38,259 bases of DNA, taken from the IMG/VR virus record IMGVR_UViG_3300029317_000038, positions 1-38,259 of that record. The stretch is one strand, 5' to 3'. The stretch is from a virus. Lineage: Duplodnaviria > Caudoviricetes. This document shows, one piece after another, positions 25,761 to 33,900 of the stretch. The notes under the pieces were generated by a model. The model did no database searches, was not told where the DNA came from, and was given only the letters and a program-made list of their open reading frames with translations. The position numbers were made by a program, and so were the translations under genes. The number at the start of each line of letters is the position of its first letter. Within the stretch, counting starts at the first letter, position 1.

Positions 25761-26484
25761 GGGATTGTTCGCTTTTTACCGAGTCGTAAATGCTCTGCAA
25801 CTGGCGCTGGATATGGCTAATCAGTTGCTCGGCGGCCTGTGGCTTAACCTCAATCGATAAACGATCGGCGGCAACATCCACGCCCTGGGTAATGTTCTGG
25901 CCATCAATCAAATAGGCCAGATGATCGTTATCTTCTTTGCCGTGCCACTGCTTGATGTATTCACCGGTTTTATAGCCATTGGCCTGGCGCAGGTGATTAA
26001 GGGCTTGTTTGCCCAAATACATCAAGCGCAGCTCGGACCACTCCAAACCAATGCAGGCACACAACTCCCAAAACTTATGCACGGGAATCTTGCCGGCAGA
26101 GCAGCCATGTACAAAGTCATCCAACCCACCCACAAAGCGGGCCGAATTTTTACCCATAATATTGCGGCTGTAGCTGCTGGCAAAGAACTCAACATGGCCA
26201 ATATCATCGCTGGGCAAACCTTTGTTATGCATGGTTTGCAGACCCTCGCTTAACATGAAGCAAAGAATATCCACCAGTTCCAACTTCACCTGCCACATGT
26301 CAGCATCCTGTTTTTTCCACCACTTCCAGCCAAAATGCTCCATGGCTTCCACTGCTTCCACCATGGCGGCGCGATGCCATGGATAGTGGTTTTCTTGCCA
26401 GCGCTCAGATACAACACAATTCAGGCGGTTTTGAATTTCTAATAACTCGGGTAACTGCTGTTTAATTAATGCGTACATATCCAT
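25750..26484 (-). CDS. Dimeric (all-alpha) dUTPase
   Basis: EAVEAMEHFGWKWWK, ELVDILCF, YLGKQALNHLRQANGY, EDNDHL. Confidence 0.88.
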   Translation of the reverse strand: MDMYALIKQQLPELLEIQNRLNCVVSERWQENHYPWHRAAMVEAVEAMEHFGWKWWKKQDADMWQVKLELVDILCFMLSEGLQTMHNKGLPSDDIGHVEFFASSYSRNIMGKNSARFVGGLDDFVHGCSAGKIPVHKFWELCACIGLEWSELRLMYLGKQALNHLRQANGYKTGEYIKQWHGKEDNDHLAYLIDGQNITQGVDVAADRLSIEVKPQAAEQLISHIQRQLQSIYDSVKSEQSHAA

Positions 26485-26497
26485 GCTCCTATCCTTA

Positions 26498-27016
26498 TTA
26501 AAAACCCTGTGGGATGTGTGGTGGCTCTTGATGCAATGGCCAAGGTCCAATGCCCGCGGCTTTATAACGCTTCACATCATTAGGAATGATCGCGGCGCCA
26601 TTAGGGAATTGGTAACCCAGTTTTTCGCCTGGAGTTTGATCGCTGTAATTGCTCGCGGCGGATTGGCCAGTGTCAGCTTTTTTGCCATCCAGCATGAGAA
26701 GCTTATCGGCGATGATTTTAGTGCTGTAACGCTTGATGCCATCCTTCTCATACTCATCGGTACGCAACGAACCGCAAATATAGACCTTGCTGCCCTTCTT
26801 TAAATATTCGGCCATTATTTCGGCCAATTTCCCAAAGGCTTCAACGCGATGCCACTCAGAGCGATCTACTTGCGCGCCAGAGGTCTTATCCTTGTAACCC
26901 TCATCAGTACCTATCGAGAGCGTACAAACCATTCCACCGCCGTTGAGCGTCCTCGTTTCTGGGTCACGTCCCAAATTTCCGATTAATTTGACTTCGTTTA
27001 AGGTGCCTTTTGCCAT
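26498..27016 (-). CDS. ssb: Single-stranded DNA-binding protein
   Basis: LNEVKLIGNLGRDPE, EWHRV..FGKLAE, YLKKGSKVY. Confidence 0.93.
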   Translation of the reverse strand: MAKGTLNEVKLIGNLGRDPETRTLNGGGMVCTLSIGTDEGYKDKTSGAQVDRSEWHRVEAFGKLAEIMAEYLKKGSKVYICGSLRTDEYEKDGIKRYSTKIIADKLLMLDGKKADTGQSAASNYSDQTPGEKLGYQFPNGAAIIPNDVKRYKAAGIGPWPLHQEPPHIPQGF

Positions 27017-27033
27017 TTTCATTCTCCCCAAGT

Positions 27034-27097
27034 GTGCGTTTATACGGTTATGCGGTTATACGTATAACCGCATTTACTTATTTACGGTTATGCGGTT
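27034..27097. repeat. Octamer array 5 (8 units)
   Basis: GTGCGTTT ATACGGTT ATGCGGTT ATACGTAT AACCGCAT TTACTTAT TTACGGTT ATGCGGTT. Confidence 0.88.
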
Positions 27098-28377
27098 GCG
27101 AAGTCCAAAACCTCGCGAGCGCCCGTATTACCTGGGCTAGACACAATGCCCTTGGCTTCCATCATTTCCACCAGGCGAGCCGAGCGGTTGTAACCGATTC
27201 GCAAATGACGCTGCACACTTGAGATACTGACTTGGCCACTCTCCTGCACATATTCCACCGCCTTGGCATATAGATCGTCTTCAGAATGGTCTGGCATCAC
27301 CACCACACCGCCCATTTTCTGCATGCCTTCTGCCCACTGCGCAGCCGATTGAGCCACCTTGGCCAGCACACCATCCAGGGTATCGCCGGTACCAAACGCA
27401 CCCATCACCACATCGGATACGTACTGATAATTCAGCGCGGTACTGGCCAGCTCGGCATATACCAGCTTCCAGGCGGCGTCCTCATCTTCTTTATCAACGG
27501 TCGGCTTAAACTCATTAGGGATATCGATCTTGTTAAACGCGCCGTACTTATCCAGGGTGATACAGCCCATTTCAATGTCGCCCGACATGATCGACACCGG
27601 CACTTTAAACGCACGGTAGCCATCGTTCAGGGCTTCTTTAACGTATGGGCTGTCCATACCCAGGCCGGTGATGGCGATGTTTTTGCTCTTGTCACGCTGC
27701 AATACCACACTGTCAGACAGGCAAACATTGGTGGGCATGTCATCGTTATCGCAAGTGAGCCAGCGGGTCATGTGGTCGCGGGCATCCGCTTTGCAGAATA
27801 CTGGTGGCAACAGGCGGGCCTTGATTAGGTTTTCATCCACCTCGTATTCAGGCAGCAGCTGCTCGCTTATGGCGGCCTTGATGCAAGAGGCATTGCCCTC
27901 GCTGCTGGTGCCGATCAATACGGTCATGTTGTCCAGGTCAAACACCACCAACACACGGCTGGGAGTGGGCAGGGTATGGGGGATTTTTTGAGCGATGATT
28001 TCATCTGTAAAGGTCATGCGCTCAATTTTCGAGACGCTGCGTTTCTCTTCACGCTCGATCTTGGCCACTTGGCGATTAAGCTGTTCTTTTATGGCTGAAT
28101 TAGGAATCTTGCGTTCATCGGTGCGATAACACAGCAGGTGAATGTTTTTATCCTGGGCCGGTACCGAGATTAAATATTCCTGGTTCAGGTCTGGCTCGGG
28201 TACTTCCCAACCGCTGCCCTTCACCTGGTGATCGGTTAAGGATTTAAAGCTGTGATTCATGGCCTGCTGAGCGATGCCAGCGCGCCATTCTTTAGTGTTT
28301 AACACGATGCGGCGATCGGCTTCATCGCTGGGCATCTGTATGTTGTAAGCGGTTAATTGTTTAAATAACATGTTCAT
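27088..28377 (-). CDS. rdgC: RdgC-family protein fused to a C-terminal FtsK gamma domain
   Basis: [31 protein letters not shown] (RdgC); [42 protein letters not shown] (FtsK gamma). Confidence 0.82.
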   Translation of the reverse strand: MNMLFKQLTAYNIQMPSDEADRRIVLNTKEWRAGIAQQAMNHSFKSLTDHQVKGSGWEVPEPDLNQEYLISVPAQDKNIHLLCYRTDERKIPNSAIKEQLNRQVAKIEREEKRSVSKIERMTFTDEIIAQKIPHTLPTPSRVLVVFDLDNMTVLIGTSSEGNASCIKAAISEQLLPEYEVDENLIKARLLPPVFCKADARDHMTRWLTCDNDDMPTNVCLSDSVVLQRDKSKNIAITGLGMDSPYVKEALNDGYRAFKVPVSIMSGDIEMGCITLDKYGAFNKIDIPNEFKPTVDKEDEDAAWKLVYAELASTALNYQYVSDVVMGAFGTGDTLDGVLAKVAQSAAQWAEGMQKMGGVVVMPDHSEDDLYAKAVEYVQESGQVSISSVQRHLRIGYNRSARLVEMMEAKGIVSSPGNTGAREVLDFATA

Positions 28378-28441
28378 CTCCGGTTATGCGTTTATGCGGT
28401 TATACGTAAATCCGTATTTGCGTTTATACGGGTTTACGCTG
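28378..28441. repeat. Octamer array 6 (8 units)
   Basis: CTCCGGTT ATGCGTTT ATGCGGTT ATACGTAA ATCCGTAT TTGCGTTT ATACGGGT TTACGCTG. Confidence 0.85.
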
Positions 28442-28555
28442 CTTGGCCATGATGCGATCCATGGTTTCCTGGATACTGCTGGGTTGGGGTTCGCGCGAAG
28501 CTCTCAGGCTTCTGTCGCGGCTTCTCATTCTTAGAAAACGGGTTTTTCTACTCAT
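28424..28555 (-). CDS. 43-aa arginine-rich small protein (not in the ORF track)
   Basis: AAGGA RBS; MSRKTRFLRMRSRDRSLRASREPQPSSIQETMDRIMAKQRKPV; fills the gap between the Q-like gene and rdgC. Confidence 0.55.
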   Translation of the reverse strand: MSRKTRFLRMRSRDRSLRASREPQPSSIQETMDRIMAKQRKPV

Positions 28556-28568
28556 GGGAATTCCTTAT

Positions 28569-28640
28569 GGGCGGTTATGCGGTTAACCGCATTTGCGGTT
28601 CGCCGGTTATGCGGTTAAACGCATTTACGCATTTGCGGCC
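28569..28640. repeat. Octamer array 7 (9 units, inside the 3' end of the Q-like gene)
   Basis: GGGCGGTT ATGCGGTT AACCGCAT TTGCGGTT CGCCGGTT ATGCGGTT AAACGCAT TTACGCAT TTGCGGCC. Confidence 0.85.
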
Positions 28641-29225
28641 AATCTCATACGTGCGCGCTTGGTCGCCGTCATGGGCCTGCACTGCATCAAGCAGCGACAA
28701 GTGGTCCAGATTAATGAGTTCGGTTTGCAGGCAACGCCAGAAGGGTGCCCAGTCTCGTTTCCAGCAGCTCTCGGTGGCACCGGTGGTATCGGCTGACAAT
28801 TCAATCAACTGGGGGATGCTGTACAGCTTGCGGTTGCCGTTCACTTGATTGCGTATCTGCTGCAGGGCAGGTAATACAAAACCCTGCAGGCGCTTTTGCT
28901 TTTCGGGGGTGGCTTCCGGGAACTGGGCCAGGCACTTGTTGAATATCTGACAGGCCACCAGGGCAAGATCGTCCCATTCGGTTAGTGCATCGCGGTGCGC
29001 GTAGCTATAACGCAGCCAAGCGGCCTCTAATGGGATCAGGGTGCGCAGCACACGCACAATGCGTGTTTGTTCGAGTGTTTGGTTGGGAACCGGCACAGCG
29101 GCACTGGATGGGGCACTGGTCTGCACGCGCAGCTCAGAGTAATCAAACGAGCGCGAGCGCTCAGGGTGGGCGAATGACCAGGCAATCAGGTCCTTCATTT
29201 CTTCCAGTGCGCCGTCCATGCTCAT
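28575..29225 (-). CDS. Late antiterminator Q-like protein
   Basis: AWLRYSY and CWKRDWAPFW..LDHLSL motifs; position matches Q of N15-like phages. Confidence 0.7.
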   Translation of the reverse strand: MSMDGALEEMKDLIAWSFAHPERSRSFDYSELRVQTSAPSSAAVPVPNQTLEQTRIVRVLRTLIPLEAAWLRYSYAHRDALTEWDDLALVACQIFNKCLAQFPEATPEKQKRLQGFVLPALQQIRNQVNGNRKLYSIPQLIELSADTTGATESCWKRDWAPFWRCLQTELINLDHLSLLDAVQAHDGDQARTYEIGRKCVNAFNRITGEPQMRLTA

Positions 29226-29235
29226 GCAAGCCTAC

Positions 29236-29829
29236 CTAGGTGATGGTTAGGGTTTCTTTAACTTCTTTGGTGTAAGTGAACCGGACCGAGCGCTTTACAC
29301 GCTGGCCAGTGTCGCGCTCAATGGCATCGATATGTGCCTGGGCAGCATCGCGCAGGTCATAGAGCTCGTTGAGGGCTTTTTGAATATCTTCCGGGCTGTC
29401 GTTGTGGTCGTATTTGCCATCACCAGCAATAACGGCGGTGGCTGTGATGGCTTCGCCGCTTTCTTTGGCCAGCAGGCCTATGTCGGCCATGGCGTGCGCG
29501 CCGAGTTTGCTGGGCACGGTTTCAAGGCCTAGGCTGTTCAGTTCATAAATGCAACGGTGTTGGTATTCAGCTGGCAGGCAAGATATCCAGATCCACTTCC
29601 ATTTAAGGGGCAGGGCTTGAGTGCCGCCAAATATGCGAGAAATTTGATTTTTTGCATTGGAGAGTGCTTTGAAGAAGTCTTCTTCATTTTCGACCGACTT
29701 GGTTAATCGGATGCCAGCGGTATGCAGAGCAGGAAATAGTTTGTCTACGGCAAATGTAGTCTTACTTACATCTTTGTTTTTTAGATAGGCCTCAGTAGCA
29801 GCCAGAACAATTTGATCTTCTGTGATCAT
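29236..29829 (-). CDS. CII/YdaT-like regulatory protein
   Basis: First gene divergent from cI; LAKESGEAI..DGKYD..ALNEL pattern; GGGG RBS before ATG 29829. Confidence 0.5.
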   Translation of the reverse strand: MITEDQIVLAATEAYLKNKDVSKTTFAVDKLFPALHTAGIRLTKSVENEEDFFKALSNAKNQISRIFGGTQALPLKWKWIWISCLPAEYQHRCIYELNSLGLETVPSKLGAHAMADIGLLAKESGEAITATAVIAGDGKYDHNDSPEDIQKALNELYDLRDAAQAHIDAIERDTGQRVKRSVRFTYTKEVKETLTIT

Positions 29830-29915
29830 CGTAACGATACCCCCGTATCCTTGTGGCGTAATATCGAAACCGCCTATTATGTAACCAGCGTGATGACACA
29901 ATCGTATAACCACCC

Positions 29916-29945
29916 TTAATAATCTAACTATAGTTAGAATATTAA
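29916..29945. promoter_or_regulatory. Palindromic operator candidate between cI and the early operon
   Basis: TTAATAATCTAACTA|TAGTTAGAATATTAA, 14 of 15 pairs match. Confidence 0.7.
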
Positions 29946-29988
29946 TCAAGTTTTAGTGTGAACAATTGCGAAAAAAGTAGGCAGAATT

Positions 29989-30591
29989 ATGTTTATGACA
30001 GAAGACTTAGATTTCGGCCCCACAATTAAGCGGCTTCGGCTGCAAGCCAACATGACCCTGGAAGAGTTGTCGGCGGCCACTGATTACGTGCTGCAAAACG
30101 GCTATCTTTCTCAGCTGGAACGCAAGCCAATTGCCATATCTTTCAACAAGTTAAACTCAATTTGTAAGGCGTTGGGTATCTCTGTTTCAGATATGATTCG
30201 CGAGGCAGAGGGCGGTGAAAAAGTCGAATTTAGCGGCAATCACATCCCTGTTCGTGATGAAAACGGCGATCGCACAGGCCAGATGCTAGCAGTACCTCAC
30301 AGCATCAGCGGCCATTGCTTCGCGTTGAAGATAAACAGCCAATCTATGGAAAGCACCACAGGTGTTAGCTATTTCAAAGGCGGCTATGCCATCGTTAAAC
30401 CCAGTGACAGCCTAGTGTCTGGCTCTGATTATGTCTTTAGGGTGGATGAAAAGCTGTTCGTCTCAAGATATGAAAGTGACGGGCGCCGCCACCTGCTTAC
30501 CTACTTAAACCCCAAATACCCCCTCGAACATCTCCCCAAAGAGCCCGACCTCAAGGGCCTAGTCATCGGTTTTTTCTATTTTTCTGAATAA
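29989..30591 (+). CDS. CI-like prophage repressor (XRE HTH + S24-like domain)
   Basis: IKRLRLQANMTLEELS..YLSQLER HTH; FALKINSQSM and YLNPKYP S24-type motifs; co-oriented upstream of repA like N15 cB. Confidence 0.88.
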   Translation: MFMTEDLDFGPTIKRLRLQANMTLEELSAATDYVLQNGYLSQLERKPIAISFNKLNSICKALGISVSDMIREAEGGEKVEFSGNHIPVRDENGDRTGQMLAVPHSISGHCFALKINSQSMESTTGVSYFKGGYAIVKPSDSLVSGSDYVFRVDEKLFVSRYESDGRRHLLTYLNPKYPLEHLPKEPDLKGLVIGFFYFSE

Positions 30592-30635
30592 ACCGAGAAT
30601 ATAAATACAATATATTTAGATTTTAGACTAATATA

Positions 30636-30659
30636 AAGCAGTGCTTACCGGCACTGCTT
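30636..30659. terminator. Hairpin downstream of cI
   Basis: AAGCAGTGC-TTACCG-GCACTGCTT. Confidence 0.55.
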
Positions 30660-30748
30660 GAACACGCTATTTCGTTATAAGATTGGTTGATTTTCGCACA
30701 ATTAGATATATGTGGCGGGATATGTTAACTTTCTTAGGTTACAGAAAC

Positions 30749-30852
30749 GAAAAAAGCCGCTGTTGAAGCAGCGGCTTTAAATTCGTTCCGGTTTTCGTGA
30801 ACCGGGTACATCTAGCAAATGACTCTCACAGAGTTCAAATTGCAATAGAACA
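30749..30852 (-). ncRNA. Candidate antisense (counter-transcript) RNA in the repA leader
   Basis: Minus-strand promoter at 30859..30886, internal hairpins, terminator AAAGCCGCTG-CTTCAA-CAGCGGCTTTTTT at 30750..30778. Confidence 0.6.
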
Positions 30853-30858
30853 GGCTTT

Positions 30859-30886
30859 ATTATAGCCACTGTCTGTCCTGTTGCAA
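30859..30886 (-). promoter_or_regulatory. Sigma70 promoter antisense to repA
   Basis: TTGCAA-16 nt-TATAAT. Confidence 0.65.
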
Positions 30887-30940
30887 GCGTATTAACGCAA
30901 ATTCGCATATACGCATAACCGTATTTGCGTATAAACGTAA
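30885..30940. repeat. Octamer array 8 (7 units) just upstream of the repA RBS
   Basis: AAGCGTAT TAACGCAA ATTCGCAT ATACGCAT AACCGTAT TTGCGTAT AAACGTAA. Confidence 0.85.
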
Positions 30941-30952
30941 ACAGGGATAGAC

Positions 30953-33900
30953 ATGAATAATAATATTGGCCTAGTCACATTCTGGAATGAACGATTTCAC
31001 CCTGACAGCCTCCACGACTGGTTTAGCACCTTCTCTTATGAGATTTCCGGCACAGGGGCGTTAGTTGATATTGATTGGGACAAGTCCGACACATCTAACA
31101 TTTATCCTGGTAAAACCTGGGGTAACCCGCATATAAAAACCACCGCCAGTAAGCACTGCCATTTTGTTGAAGTGAAATGGAAAGAAGCTAAAAACGGCAT
31201 TAAATACCCAATAATTCAATTTACCTCGCACACCATAGGCACTCAATTCTGGAATGGTTACGAGGCATTAGCCGAGTTAAATGAGCGTGAAGGCGGGCAA
31301 CGCCTTAGCGATATTGAACGCGAGCGCATTCAGCAAAAACGCCTAAAACAAGAAGCGGCGATTAAAGCCAAAAAAGATCACGCAGATAAAATGCTGCGCA
31401 TCGATGAGAAGCATCGCCTACAACACCGCGCCAACTATAAAAAGCGTTGGGAAAGCGGTGTATTTAATCCTGAATTAATCGCCCAGCACGTCTACCTACA
31501 GAAAAAAGGCATTCCCGCCAGTGTGGTAGCGGCAAGTACTTCCATGCCCATGGCCATTGTTACTGGTCGCGAGTTTCATAAAAACGATGCCGGACGCTAC
31601 GCCAAACAAGCCCGATCCTGGTTAGGCATTCCCATGCAAAACTTCATGGGCGGCTATATTGGCCAGCAGCGGGTTTATGAAAATGGCAAGGCCCACGCCC
31701 GTGGGTCTGATATGACCCAGGCCCATTTCATCATCGGCAACCCTCAAAACGCCAAACAAATTGAATATTTTGAAGGCTACGCCACCGCCGCATCCACTTA
31801 TAAAACGGCACTGGCCGAGGACAAGGGCAATGATATCGCTGTTATCGTTTGTTTCGATAAGCGCGGATTAACCCGCATCACTAAACATTACCAGCAAAAG
31901 TGGAAAGCCAAGAAACACATAGTGCGCGCCGATAACGATCACTTTAAGTGGTTGGAAGGCAAGGGCAATGCCGGGATGTTGGCCGCTTTAGTACTGCAAA
32001 AAGAATTAGGCGTTAAGGCCACTTACCCCACTTTCGACTCTGTATGCATTAAATCCAAACCTACCGATTTTAACGATCTGGAAATGTTAGGCGGTACCAA
32101 GATTGCGGCCAAGCAATTGTGGGGCAACGAGGTAAACAACCTAAAAGCCGACAAAAACCTGTTTGAATACAGATTGCAGCTATTAAGTTATTCAGGGCAA
32201 CAAAGCTGGTTAAAGAACGCCAAGGCCGCAGCCGCTGCCGGCGCACACTTTATTCCAGAGCAACTGGACCGCGAAACGGTATTAAAAGCCATCTTTGAAG
32301 CTATTCCCAGCATCAAACACCCTAAGACCAACAAGCAATTACCTGTTGTAAAAATTAAGCATGGCGATAAGAAAACCATTCGCAATCACTTAAACTGGGT
32401 GGTAAGAAAACGCTTTAAAGAAGCTGAAACTACCAAAAACTTTACCGAAGACGCTTTAAAGCAAGACAATATCAATCACATTAAGGTTCAGGCCGTTTTA
32501 AATTCAGATGGCCGTTATGAAATTCCTAGTGACGTTTTGACTATGATTCAGGCCCAGAGTGGCGCTACTATTTTAAAAGCCGCGCACGCCATGGGAAAAA
32601 CCGTAAAAGTTATGGGGCCTTTAATAGAGGCCAATAGAAAGGCAAATAAAAGCGGTTCGTCCATGATTGTTCACCGGATAACACTGGCCGATCAAATGGC
32701 CAATGAATTAGGCCTTATTCATTACCAGGAAATCGGAGTGGGTGAGGTGGGCATGGCAACTGATCTAGTGTCTGTTTTAAATTCTATGCCCCTCCCTAAA
32801 TTTAACGACTTTTTTGAGCAAGCCGGACTTCTGTGCATAGATGAAGCAACCCAGGTTTTGCGCCATAACATGTCAGGTGGCGATGCCATTGATACGCCGG
32901 TTAAAATTTATAACAAGCTGCTAGCCGCCACTAGGTGTGCCAAAAAGGTATTACTTGCCGACGCCGATGCCAACGACTCACTCATCGATTTTTTACAGCA
33001 AGCTCGACCTGGTGAAACCATTAATGTGATAGAAGTTGAATCCCCCGCCATTGATTTAACCATTCAATATTGCAACAGCGTGGCGTTTGTTTTTCATAAG
33101 GTGATGGAGCTGGCCAAGGCCAACGGTGAGTTAGCCGCTAAAAACAAGGCGCTTATTTTAAACAAGATTGCGCCAGAAACCCTACCAAAGCGAATTTTGG
33201 TGGCCACCGACCATAAGAATAAGGCCAAGGCAGTGGCTGAAGGCATTAAATTGCAATGGCCTTCAGCGCGCATTCTTTGCGTGACCGCCGATACCAAGGG
33301 TGAAGCCGAGGTAATGGCTTTTACTAAAGACCCAGACAACCAGGCCAAAAACATCGATGTGCTGATTTACAGCCCCATGATTAGCTCGGGCGTATCCATT
33401 AAGAAGAAGCTTTCGTGCTTTGATCGCCACTTCGGTATGTTTCATGGTGTAGTGGTACCCAGTGATATTTTGCAGATGATTCGCCGCGATCGTAACGCCT
33501 CTAATTTTTTAGTCGCTCTTGAGCCCAACCACAATAACCAACAGACTGACCGTGATGCCATGGTGCGCGGTTTGATGAATGCCCACGCATTAAGCGCCAG
33601 CACCCTAAACTGGGGTGAAGATGAAACCAGTATCATCATTAAAAAGACGCCTTTTGATGAAATGTACCTGGATATAAAGATTGCTGAAGCTCGCGCCCGT
33701 AACAATTACAGCGCCAATACACTGATGTTAATGGCCGCCGAAGGTTGGAAACTTGAACGGGTTGAGGTAACGGATACCGAAGCCGCCGTTGGCAAATCTG
33801 AATTAGACGCCAGCAAGGATATGGTTACCCTACAGCGCCATTTGTTAATCAATGCCGAGCAAACCCCTGAAGAAAATCAGTACCACCACCTTAAACGCAG

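Noticed and set aside
27034-28640. Octamer arrays as a CRISPR array or simple microsatellite
   Set aside because: No unique spacers or cas genes; the units are degenerate and in mixed orientation, unlike slippage repeats
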